Below, one piece after another: positions 38,201 through 50,200 of a DNA stretch of 64,000 bases (within the stretch, counting starts at the first letter, position 1; each line of letters starts with the position of its first letter). The stretch is from positions 2,604,001-2,668,000 of the forward strand of contig CATNEN010000011.1 in assembly GCA_950097015.1 (NCBI GenBank), written 5' to 3'. Below the pieces are notes generated by a model. The model did not search any database and was not told the origin of the DNA. It saw only the letters and a list, made by a program, of their open reading frames with translations. This DNA is from Macrostomum hystrix. Taxonomy: Eukaryota > Animalia > Platyhelminthes. The translations under genes were made by a program, and so were the position numbers.

Positions 38201-41200
38201 TGGGTCAGTTAGAGATTGGGTCAGTAAGAGATTGGGTCAGTTAGAGATTGGGTCAGTTAGAGATTGGGTCAGTTAGAGAATTGGGTCAGTTAGAGAATGG
38301 GTCAGGTAAAGATTGGGTCAGGTAAAGATTGGGTCAGTTAGTGAATGGGTCAGTTAGAGATTGGGTCAGTTAGAGATTGGGTCAGTTAGAGATTGGGTCA
38401 GTTAGAGAATTGGGTCAGTTAGAGAATGGGTCAGTTAAAGATTAGGTCAGTTAGAGATTGGGTCAGTTAGAGAATAGGTCAGTTAGAGATTGGGTCAGTT
38501 AGAGATTGGGTCACTTAGAGATTGGGTCAGTTAGAGAATGAGTCAGTTAGAGATTGGGTCAGTTAGAGAATTGGGTCAGTTAGAGAATGGGTCAGTTAAA
38601 GATTAGGTCAGTTAAAGATTAGGTCAGTTAGAGATTGGGTCAGTTAGAGATTGGGTCAGTTGGAGATTGGGTCAGTTAGAGATTGGGTCAGTTAGAGATT
38701 GGGTCAGTTAGAGATTGGGTCAGTAAGAGATTGGGTCAGTTAGAGATTGGGTCAGTTAGAGAATGGGTCAGTTAGAGAATGGGTCAGTTAGAGATTGGGT
38801 CAGTTTAAGATTGGGTCAGTTAGAGATTGGGTCAGTTAGAGATTGGGTCAGTTAGAGATGGGGTCAGTTAGAGAATTGGGTCAGTTAGAGAATGGGTCAG
38901 TTAGAGATTGGGTCAGTAAGAGATTGGGTAAATTAGAGAATTTGGTCAGTTAGAGAATGGGTCAGTTAGAGATTGGGTCAGTTAGAGATTGGGTCAGTTA
39001 GAGATTGGGTCAGTTAGAGATTGGGTCAGTTAGAGAATTGGGTCAGTTAGAGAATGGGTCAGTTAAAGATTAGGTCAGTTAGAGATTGGGTCAGTTAGAG
39101 AATAGGTCAGTTAGAGATTGGGTCAGTTAGAGATTGGGTCACTTAGAGATTGGGTCAGTTAGAGAATGAGTCAGTTAGAGATTGGGTCAGTTAGAGAATT
39201 GGGTCAGTTAGAGAATGGGTCAGTTAAAGATTAGGTCAGTTAAAGATTAGGTCAGTTAGAGATTGGGTCAGTTAGAGAATGGGTCAGTTAGAGATTGGGT
39301 CAGTTAGAGATTGGGTCAGTTAGAGATTGGGTCAGTTAGAGAATGAGTCAGTTAGAGATTGGGTCAGTTAGAGATTGGGTCAGTTAGAGATTGGGTCAGT
39401 AAGAGATTAGGTCAGTAAGAGATTGGGTCAGTTAGAGAATGGGTCAGGTAAAGATTGGGTCAGGTAAAGATTGGGTCAGTTAGAGATTGGGTCAGTAAGA
39501 GATTAGGTTAGTTAGAGATTGGGTCAGTTAGAGATTGGGTCAGTTAGAGAATGGGTCAGTTAGAGATTGGGTCAGTTAGAGATTGGGTCAGTTAGAGATT
39601 GGGTCAGTTAGAGAATGGGTCAGTTAAAGATTAGGTCAGGTAAAGATTAGGTCAGTTAGAGATTGGGTCAGTTAGAGATTGGGTCAGTTGGAGATTGGGT
39701 CAGTTAGAGATTGGGTCAGTTAGAGATTGGGTCAGTTAGAGATTGGGTCAGTAAGAGATTGGGTCAGTTAGAGATTGGGTCAGTTAGAGAATGGGTCAGT
39801 TAGAGAATGGGTCAGTTAGAGATTGGGTCAGTTTAAGATTGGGTCAGTTAGAGATTGGGTCAGTTAGAGATTGGGTCAGTTAGAGATGGGGTCAGTTAGA
39901 GAATTGGGTCAGTTAGAGAATGGGTCAGTTAGAGATTGGGTCAGTAAGAGATTGGGTCAGTTAGAGATTGGGTCAGTTAGAGATTGGGTCAGTTAGAGAA
40001 TTGGGTCAGTTAGAGAATAGGTCAGTTAAAGATTAGGTCAGTTAGAGATTGGGTCAGTTAGTGAATGGGTCAGTTAGAGATTGGGTCAGTTAGAGATTGG
40101 GTCAGTTAGAGAATGAGTCAGTTAGAGATTGGGTCAATTAGAGATTGGGTCAGTTAGAGATTGGGTCAGTTAGAGATTGGGTCAGTTAGAGATTGGGTCA
40201 GTTAGAGATTGGGTCAGTTAGAGATTAGGTCAGTTAGAGATGGGGTCAGTTAGAGAATTGGGTCAGTTAGAGAATGGGTCAGTTAGAGATTGGGTCAGTA
40301 AGAGATTGGGTCAGTTAGAGATTGGGTCAGTTAGAGATTGGGTCAGTTAGAGAATTGGGTCAGTTAGAGAATCGGTCAGTTAAAGATTAGGTCAGTTAGA
40401 GATTGGGTCAGTTAGTGAATGGGTCAGTTAGAGATTGGGTCAGTAAGAGATTAGGTCAATAAGAGATTGGGTCAGTTAGAGAATGGGTCAGGTAAAGATT
40501 GGGTCAGGTAAAGATTGGGTCAGGTAAAGATTGGGTCAGTTAGAGATTGGGTCAGTAAGAGATTAGGTTAGTTAGAGATTGGGTCAGTTAGAGATTGGGT
40601 CAGTTAGAGAATGGGTCAGTTAGAGATTGGGTCAGTTAGAGATTGGGTCAGTTAGAGATTGGGTCAGTTAGAGAATGGGTCAGTTAAAGATTAGGTCAGG
40701 TAAAGATTGGGTCAGTTAGAGATTGGGTCAGTTAGAGATTGGGTCAGTTGGAGATTGGGTCAGTTAGAGATTGGGTCAGTTAGAGATTGGGTCAGTTAGA
40801 GATTGGGTCAGTAAGAGATTGGGTCAGTTAGAGATGGGGTCAGTTAGAGAATGGGTCAGTTAGAGAATGGGTCAGTTAGAGATTGGGTCAGTTAGAGATT
40901 GGGTCAGTTAGAGATTGGGTCAGTTAGAGATTGGGTCAGTTATAGATTGGGTCAGTTAGAGATGGGGTCAGTTAGAGAATGGGTCAGTTAGAGATTTAGT
41001 CAGTTAGAGTTTGGGTCAGTTAGAGATTGGGTCAGTTAGAGATTGGGTCAGTTAGAGAATTGGGTCAGTTAGAGAATGGGTCAGTTAAAGATTAGGTCAG
41101 TTAAAGATTAGGTCAGTTAGAGATTGGGTCAGTTAGAGAATGGGTCAGTTAGAGATTGGGTCAGTTAGAGATTGGGTCAGTTAAAAATGAGTCAGTTAGA

Positions 41201-44200
41201 GATTGGGTCAGTTAGAGATTGGGTCAGTTAGAGAATGGGTCAGTTAGAGAATGGGTCAGTTAGAGATTGGGTCAGTTTAAGATTGGGTCAGTTAGAGATT
41301 GGGTCAGTTAGAGATTGGGTCAGTTAGAGATTGGGTCAGTTAGAGAATGGGTCAGGTAAAGATTAGGTCAGGTAAAGATTGGGTCAGTTAGAGATTGGGT
41401 CAGTTAAAGATTAGGTCAGGTAAAGATTGGGTCAGTTAGAAATCGGATCAGTTAGAGATTGGGTCAGGTAAAGATTGGGTCAGTTAGAGATTGGGTCAGT
41501 TAGAGATTGGGTCAGTTAGAGATTGGGTCAGTAAGAGATTGGGTCAGTAAGAGATTAGGTTAGTTAGAGATTGGGTCAGTTAGAGATTGGGTCAGTTAGA
41601 GAGTGGGTCAGTTAGAGATTGGGTCAGTTAGAGATTGGGTCAGTTAGAGATTGGGTCAGTTAGAGATTAAGTCAGTTAGAGATTGGGTCAGTTAGAGATG
41701 GGGTAAATTAGAGAATTTGGTCAGTTAGAGAATGGGTCAGTTAGAGATTGGGTCAGTTAGAGATTGGGTCAGTTAGAGATTGGGTCAGTTGCTCGCACCG
41801 GCGGGACACAATGCCTGTGTGGTATGAGTCAGACCAGGCCTACGGGCTAAGGTCTGCGATGCCTCACACCTGCAGTCGTTTTTTGAGCAGGCCTGGCAGG
41901 AAGGAGCCCTGTACCTCCGGGTGCAGGGATCCCTCCACGCTGTCCCGTCAGCTGACCCATGGGTACACGTCCCGCGAGTGTTCAAGGCTGACCCTAGGGC
42001 AGCCGGACAGAATGGGCAACAGCGCTGGATGACCCATCCAGGGCCTCTGGCCAAACTGGGTACCTCTAGCCCTGGCTGGAGGGAAAGGTGTCACCCTTTG
42101 ACCTTAACAGGGTATGCGGCGAGTCCGCAGCTTTCGTGCACCTGTGCGTGATCAGGTACCTCTGGCTACGGCTCTGAGGGAGAGGTGTTACCCTTTGACC
42201 TTGACAGGGTATGCGGCCAGTCCGCAGCGTCTCGCGCACCTGTGCGTGATCAGGTACCTCTGGCTACGGCTCTGAGGGAGAGGTGTTTACCCTTTGACCT
42301 TGACAGGGTATGCGGCCAGTCCGCAGCGTCTCGCGCACCTGTGCGTGATCAGGTACCTCTGGCTACGGCTCTGAGGGAAAGGTGTCACCCTTTGACCTTA
42401 ACAGGGTATGCGGCCAGTCCGCAGTTTTCGTGCACCTGTGCGTGATCAGGTACCTCTGGCTACGGCTCTGAGGGAAAGGTGTCACCCTTTGACCTTAACA
42501 GGGTATGCGGCCAGTCCGCAGCGTCTCGCGCACCTGTGCGTGATCAGGTACCTCTGGCTACGGCTCTGAGGGAAGGTTGTCACCCTTTGACCTTAACAGG
42601 GTATGCGGCCAGTCCGCAGCGCTCGTGCACCTGTGCGTGATCAGGTACCTCTGGCTACGGCTCTGAGGGACAGGTGTCACCCTTCGACCTCAACAGGGTA
42701 CGCAGCCAGTCTGCGGGCCTGGCACTGCTTTAGGTGTCCTCTTATGCCTAAGGCCTCACCGCGCTGAGGGGCTGAAAGGTCCGGGGAGTCTATCCGGCCA
42801 TTAGCGGTTTTTATTTTTATTCTCTTCTTTCTCTTTTTCCAGCGACCTATGGAGTCCCACTACAGCTCCAGCACGTCCCAGGACCCTGCTGAAACGCCGA
42901 CCCCGGCCGGCGACGCAGATCCTCAGGACCAGCGCCAGGGCGACACCGGTTCCACCGGCGCCCAAAATTCATCCTGCTCCTCCGCCACTCAGGAAAACAC
43001 CAGAGCGGCTGGATCAAAGAGCAAACGCTCCCCTTCCACGCAAGCCCGCAGCCTCGCCCGCCTCCAGGAATTCCGGCGGCGAAAACAGGAAGTACGGTTG
43101 GCTGCGAAATCCGCGCCAACCACCGCCTCCGAGGAGGGGGCCGGCAACTCTGCGAACATCGCGGAGGAACCGGCACCCAACAAGGAGGCGGACTCCTCGC
43201 GCCGTCCGGGAAACCCGGAAGCGCGGAAAAGTGCCGCCCAGGCCTCTGGGGCATCCGGTTCCTCTCGCGGCGGAACCTCTCACAGTCATCCGGAAACTCC
43301 GACGACTGCTGGGGGGCCCGTTGCGGGAGGCGCCGGCCAAACCACAAGGCCAAAGCGCACTTACGCTGCTATGGCAAAGAGGCAGCCGGCCTTGGTTATC
43401 CGAGGCCAGGAGACGCCCCTCACAACAGCGCAACTCGACCAGATCTGGCGCAGATTGGACTCCCATCTGGTCAAACTGGCACTGAGCGGCACTGTACTGC
43501 ACGTCCTGAAGACCGACATCCAGGACCAAGCCCTCATTGTCCAGCCTGCCGACAACCAGTCCGGACAGCAACTCCTCGAGATGCTGAAATCCTTCGACTG
43601 GGGCACGGAAATGGGCAACCTGTTTATCTACAGGGAGGACGAGCGCCCCCAGACACACCGTCATCGTGTTTGGATTCCAGCTCGCAGCGCCATCACCAAC
43701 GCCGGAGAACTGCGCCGCCTGCTGTTGGCAATCCACCCGGATCTGCCAGCAAACGGTGTCGTGGTTCATGAAACCATCACCAGACCTGGTGGAGACGGTT
43801 TCACGGCCATCCTAGGATTGTCGGACAGCTGGATGCTCCGCTGCCCAGACATGTCCTACATCAGTGCAGGCCTCACTCGAATGCAGATTTTCAGCTTCGA
43901 GTCCGACGCCACTCGCCCGCCGCCCCCGGAAAAGCGGAAACGGACGAACCAGAGCTCTGCCGGGCCCCTGCGCCCTGGAACACAGACTCCTGATCGTCAC
44001 GACCACTCCGAGGATGCGGACCCTATCAGGGGCAAAGCCGCGCGAGCCGCAACGACAGGCGGACGTGGTAAGGGCCGGAAACCCGCCCGTAACACCATCC
44101 GTGCTGGCTTGACTCAGCGCGCCAGACAGCTGTCGGACCCCAACAGTGGACGCCACCGCAGCACCACCCGGCCCAATGTTTCATCGGAACCCCCAGCGGA

Positions 44201-47200
44201 AAACCGGGTTGAGGACACGGACGCCGCTGTTGCGGCAGCCCCGGCCTCAACTCTGGATCCGATTCAGGAGGAACCGATGGAGCTCGGGCAAAACACCGGC
44301 GAGGACGAGGAATCGCTCCTGAACAACTCGCCGTAGGCCAGCAGATAGCCGCACGGACCGCCCCTCCTGGGGTGAGCTTCCTGCAGCTGAACCTGCACCA
44401 CTGCATCGCGGCCTCGACCAACCTGGCGCGTGTGGTGGACTTCGAAAAACCGGGCATCATCCTCCTCCAAGAGCCCTGGACGAAGAAAGGTAAGATTCCG
44501 AACATTCCTGCTGGTTTTGACTGTTTTTTCATGCCCCAAAACCCCAGGGCTGCTGTGTTCGCGACTACCGATCTAAAAGCTTGGTATAGACCAGACCTCT
44601 CTGACAAAGACCTCTGTGTCATCCAAACCAACCACATTCTCCCGAACCGCACCGTCATCATCGCCTCTATATACATTCCTGGCGACGGTCCTGCGGTTCC
44701 GCCCAGTCTCACTTCCCTCGTGGACTACTGCTCAGACCGCGACTTTGAGCTGCTGGTGGCAGGCGACATAAATGCCCACCACACCCACTGGGGCAGTGTT
44801 ACCTCCAACTGCAGAGGCGAGGATCTCCTTGCCTACATCTGCACCACCAATATTGAGTTCTGCAACTCGGGTGGCACACCCACCTTTGACAATGGACGAT
44901 GGACGGAGGTCCTTGACGCCACCCTCGCCTCTCAGGGCCTGATCCCTCTGATTAGGAACTGGCAGGTGTGGGACGAAGAGGAATCTCTGTCTGACCATCG
45001 CTTCATTCGTTTCCGGTTGCTAAGCTCCTACTCCAAGCCTGGTATTCTGTGGAAAAGGAACGCCCGGAATACTGACTGGACGGCCTTTGCGGAATCCGTG
45101 AAGCGCCAGACCAACCAGTTAGAATCCGTTGTTCCTGCCACCTGTCAAGAAGTGGACGATCTGGCTGATCTACTCAGCATGACCATCTTGACAGCTCATG
45201 AAACCTCTTGCCCTCTTAAAGCCTACAAAGGCAAAAAATCCGCTCCCTGGTGGAACCCAGCGCTTGGAACCCTCCGGCGAAAGGCCAAATCCCTCCAGCG
45301 GATTGCGCGGAAAAGCAAGGACCCAGCTGACCTGACCGCCTACCAGAATGCGATTCGTGACTTTAAGCGTGACACCAGGAAAGCGAAGTCCGAAAAGTGG
45401 CGCCAATACTGCTCCGAGCTGGAGGGCGCCCGCCCAACTTCTCGCGTTGTAAAAGCGCTCACTCTTGACAAAATGTCGAAGCTCTCAGTGATCAAAAGAC
45501 CGGACGGCCGGCTTGCTGAGAATCCTGGCGAATCGCTGGACATCATGCTCGCCAGCGCCTTCCCCCAGACTGCGCCGCTTCAGGACCCGCCGGACCACAC
45601 TCCGGGTGGGCACATCCTTGCGACAACTATTATCACTAGAGAACGGACAGCTCGCGCTGCTAACTCCTTCTCGCCTTTTAAGTCGCCTGGACCTGACAAC
45701 ATTTACCCCGCCTTCCTACATGAAGCGGTAAAAAATGACAGGTTCCTCGGCCTCCTTTGCAACCTGTTCAAGGCCTGTATCACCCTCGGGTACGTACCCA
45801 GGTCTTGGCAGGAAGCCACTATCGTCTTCATCCCCAAACCTGGGAAGGGAGACTACCACTCCGCCAAAGCCTTCCGCCCCATCAGCTTAACATCTTTCTT
45901 TCTTAAGCTGCTTGAAAGGCTTGTTCTTTGGCGCCTCCTTCACGTTGAGCTGAGGAACTCCCCGCTCTCCGCCAACCAGCACGCCTTTCGATCCGGACGT
46001 TCCATCGAAAGTGCTCTGCATGCCATCGTCGACAAGCTGGAGCGCGCCGTGCTTGGCACCGGTTTTGCTCTCTCGCTTTTCCTCGACATGTCGAAGAAAA
46101 ATGTCGACATTTTCTTCGACAATGTGCTCTTCGGAGCCTTTAGGCGAGCCCTGGAACGCCGGGCTACGCACGAGCACCTCACCCGCTGGATCATGTATAT
46201 GATCTCTCACCGAACTGCCACCTCGCACCTGCTTGGACACTCCCGTTCTGTGAATGTCCAGAAGGGAGGCCCGCAGGGTGGCGTTCTCAGTCCGATCCTT
46301 TGGAACCTTGTCATGGACGAACTGCTCTGCAGCCCTGACCCGGACCCGGTCCAAAAAATCGGCTATGCTGACGACGTCACCGCCACCGTGGCCGGACCGT
46401 CTCCCCCGGTCCTTAGAGACCTTCTGCAAGCTTTCATCCACCGTGCCGAACGCTGGGCCAATGGCTGCGGCCTCAAACTCTCTGAGTCCAAGACCGTCGC
46501 CATTATGTTCACCAGCAAACGAAACTGGAGGATTGAGCCTCTCCTTCTCTATGACAAACCAATCGCCATGGAGAAGCAAACCAGATGCTTAGGTGTCATC
46601 CTCGACCACAGGTTGAGCTGGACACCTCACGTCAAATTCAAAACCCGTAAAGCTCTTGCGACGCTCGCGCAGATTCGCAGAGCCTTCGGCGCCACCTGGG
46701 GCCTCACCCCCCGCCGTCTCTGGTGGATTTACACTACCATTGTAAGACCGGCCATCTCTTTTGCCGGCTTCATTTGGAATAGTGCCCTGGAGACCAAAGG
46801 GGTCCTGGAGGCCCTAAACAAGGTGCAGGGCCGTGCTTGTCGAGCCATCATGAGTGCGGCACCCTCCACTCCCTTCGCTGGCATGAATGCCTTCCTGGAC
46901 CTTCCCCCTTTAGATCTTTTTATCAAGGGGGAGGCGATGAAGACGGCTCGTCGTCTTCTGGACGCGGGTATCTCCATCCGGAAGCAACTTGCCTTCAGCA
47001 AGCGGAACCTCCAGCCCCATGGCGACCTCAGCCTACGGGACCTGGACGCAGCAGGAGGTCTCAAAATTCTCTCCGACGGAATCCCGTCGACGCTGTGCCC
47101 ACCGCAAAAATTCAAAACCAGCATTCCGCCTCGACAGGAAGTACGTGACCACGGCCAACCCCGTGAAATTCACTGCTTCACCGACGGATCGCAAATCAAC

Positions 47201-50200
47201 TCGATCTCTGGTTTCGGCTACTGCATTATGTCCGGAGGGAAAACTTTGGCGACCTTCTCCCAGCACACCGGCATAAACTCTACCGTCTTCCAGAACGAAG
47301 TTCTCGCCATCAGCTCCTGCGCCCTGGAGCTGATCAACCAAAACGTCCATGGAGCGGAAATCTTCCTCCACTCGGACAGCCAGGCGGCGATCCATGCCCT
47401 TGGACGCACGCACACCTGCTCGCGCACAGTCCTCGACTGCGTCGCGCAACTCAACCGCTTAGGGACCCACAACAAGGTGTCCCTAAGGTGGATTCCAGGG
47501 CACTCTGGCCACCCTGGTAACGAATTGGCCGACAGCCTCGCCAAGGCCGGTTCGACGGGCTCGCTTTTTGGCCCCGTGCCTGCGGTCTCCACCCCTACCG
47601 CCGTCGTCAACACTCGGATTAACCAGTGGGTGACCTCAAAGCACAAGGACAGATGGATCAACACCGCCGATTGTCGGCAGTCTCGCGCTGCTGTCCCTTG
47701 TCCCTCCACTGCCCTTCGCAAAGCCTTGCTTGGACTGAACCGCAAGGACATCAGGGCAGTCACCATGGCCCTCTCTGGCCATGGCTGTTTCGCCAGGCAC
47801 CGCTTCCTGCAAGGCAAAATCCGCAGTGAGGAATGCCCCTTCTGCCTCTCCTATGTTGAGGATGCAGAGCATTTTATTTGCGACTGCCCCGCCTTCACTC
47901 AGGACCGGCTCACCTATCTCGGCCCAAACCCGGATCTCCCCGACGTTTTCAGGCCTGAGAACATCTGCCAGCTCGTCCGATACCTGAGGGCCACCGGGCG
48001 AGCAACCCTCCACCTCCTGGACACTCCGGAGGAGGACCGCGCTGCGGACGCCGGCACCACCGGATCCCCCTGCGCGACACCGCAGCTCTAGTTGCCCGTG
48101 GTCGCCAGGGGCTAGCGGAATGGGCGGCAACGCCTCCCCGCTGCATCCGGAAGATGCCCCCTGCAGCTAAGTCTAAGATTGGGTCAGTTAGAGATTGGGT
48201 CAGTTAGAGAATTGGGTCAGTTAGAGAATGGGTCAGTTAAAGATTAGGTCAGTTAGAGATTGGGTCAGTTAGAGAATAGGTCAGTTAGAGATTGGGTCAG
48301 TTAGAGATTGGGTCACTTAGAGATTGGGTCAGTTAGAGAATGAGTCAGTTAGAGATTGGGTCAGTTAGAGAATTGGGTCAGTTAGAGAATGGGTCAGTTT
48401 AAGATTAGGTCAGTTAAAGATTAGGTCAGTTAGAGATTGGGTCAGTTAGAGAATGGGTCAGTTAGAGATTGGGTCAGTTAGAGATTGGGTCAGTTAGAGA
48501 TTGGGTCAGTTAGAGAATGAGTCAGTTAGAGATTGGGTCAGTTAGAGATTGGGTCAGTTAGAGATTGGGTCAGTAATGAGATTAGGTCAGTAAGAGATTG
48601 GGTCAGTTAGAGAATGGGTCAGGTAAAGATTGGGTCAGGTAAAGATTGGGTCAGTTAGAGATTGGGTCAGTAAGAGATTAGGTTAGTTAGAGATTGGGTC
48701 AGTTAGAGATTGGGTCAGTTAGAGAATGGGTCAGTTAGAGATTGGGTCAGTTGGAGATTGGGTCAGTTAGAGATTGGGTCAGTTAGAGATTGGGTCAGTT
48801 AGAGATGGGGTCAGTTAGAGAATGGGTCAGTTAGAGAATGGGTCAGTTAGAGATTGGGTCAGTTAGAGATTGGGTCAGTTAGAGATTGGGTCAGTTAGAG
48901 ATTGGTTCAGTTAGAGATGGGGTCAGTTAGAGATGGGGTCAGTTAGAGAATGGGTCAGTTAGAGATTGGGTCAGTTAGAGTTTGGGTCAGTTAGAGATTG
49001 GGTCAGTTAGAGATTGGGTCAGTTAGAGAATTGGGTCAGTTAGAGAATGGGTCAGTTAAAGATTAGGTCAGTTAAAGATTAGGTCAGTTAGAGATTGGGT
49101 CAGTTAGAGAATGGGTCAGTTAGAGATTGGGTCAGTTAGAGATTGGGTCAGTTAGAGATTGGGTCAGTTAAAAATGAGTCAGTTAGAGATTGGGTCAGTT
49201 AGAGATTGGGTCAGTTAGAGAATGGGTCAGTTAGAGAATGGGTCAGTTAGAGATTGGGTCAGTTTAAGATTGGGTCAGTTAGAGATTGGGTCAGTTAGAG
49301 ATTGGGTCAGTTAGAGATTGGGTCAGTTAGAGAATGGGTCAGGTAAAGATTAGGTCAGGTAAAGATTGGGTCAGTTAGAGATTGGGTCAGTTAAAGATTA
49401 GGTCAGGTAAAGATTGGGTCAGTTAGAAATCGGATCAGTTAGAGATTGGGTCAGGTAAAGATTGGGTCAGTTAGAGATTGGGTCAGTTAGAGATTGGGTC
49501 AGTTAGAGATTGGGTCAGTAAGAGATTCGGTCAGTAAGAGATTAGGTTAGTTAGAGATTGGGTCAGTTAGAGATTGGGTCAGTTAGAGAATGGGTCAGTT
49601 AGAGATTGGGTCAGTTAGAGATTGGGTCAGTTAGAGATTGGGTCAGTTAGAGATTAAGTCAGTTAGAGATTGGGTCAGTTAGAGATGGGGTAAATTAGAG
49701 AATTTGGTCAGTTAGAGAATGGGTCAGTTAGAGATTGGGTCAGTTAGAGATTGGGTCAGTTAGAGATTGGGTCAGTTAGAGATTGGGTCAGTTAGAGAAT
49801 TGGGTCAGTTAGAGAATGGGTCAGTTAAAGATTAGGTCAGTTAGAGATTGGTTCAGTTAGAGAATAGGTCAGTTAGAGATTGGGTCAGTTAGAGATTGGG
49901 TCACTTAGAGATTGGGTCAGTTAGAGAATGAGTCAGTTAGAGATTGGGTCAGTTAGAGAATTGGGTCAGTTAGAGAATGGGTCAGTTTAAGATTAGGTCA
50001 GTTAAAGATTAGGTCAGTTAGAGATTGGGTCAGTTAGAGAATGGGTCAGTTAGAGATTGGGTCAGTTAGAGATTGGGTCAGTTAGAGATTGGGTCAGTTA
50101 GAGAATGAGTCAGTTAGAGATTGGGTCAGTTAGAGATTGGGTCAGTTAGAGATTGGGTCAGTAATGAGATTAGGTCAGTAAGAGATTGGGTCAGTTAGAG

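Larger units (their letters stand above)
41791..48176 (+). mobile_element. Full-length LOA/R1-group non-LTR retrotransposon (ORF1 + APE-RT-RNase H ORF2)
   Basis: Structured, tandem-repeated 5' UTR, ORF1 42849-44336, ORF2 44372-48091 and a short 3' UTR ending CTAAGTCTAA. It is flanked by an inferred 13-14-bp TSD, (A)GATTGGGTCAGTT. Confidence 0.93.

Noticed and set aside
41791-42060. HDV-like or twister ribozyme at the LINE 5' end
   Set aside because: Partial pairings exist (TTGAGCA/TGTTCAA-GG), but P3, L3 and J4/2 do not meet the consensus, and there is no twister GUCCCAAGC-type loop.
42121-42165. Hammerhead-like string on the minus strand (CTGATCA-stem-CGAAA)
   Set aside because: The core reads CUGAUCA rather than CUGANGA, the stem II closing pair and stem III register do not fit, GAAA is absent in most units, and it is antisense to the element.
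43014-48146. Numerous antisense and alternate-frame ORFs over the LINE (also over the RTE at 20077-22171)
   Set aside because: Shadow ORFs typical of GC-rich coding DNA; no recognisable motifs.
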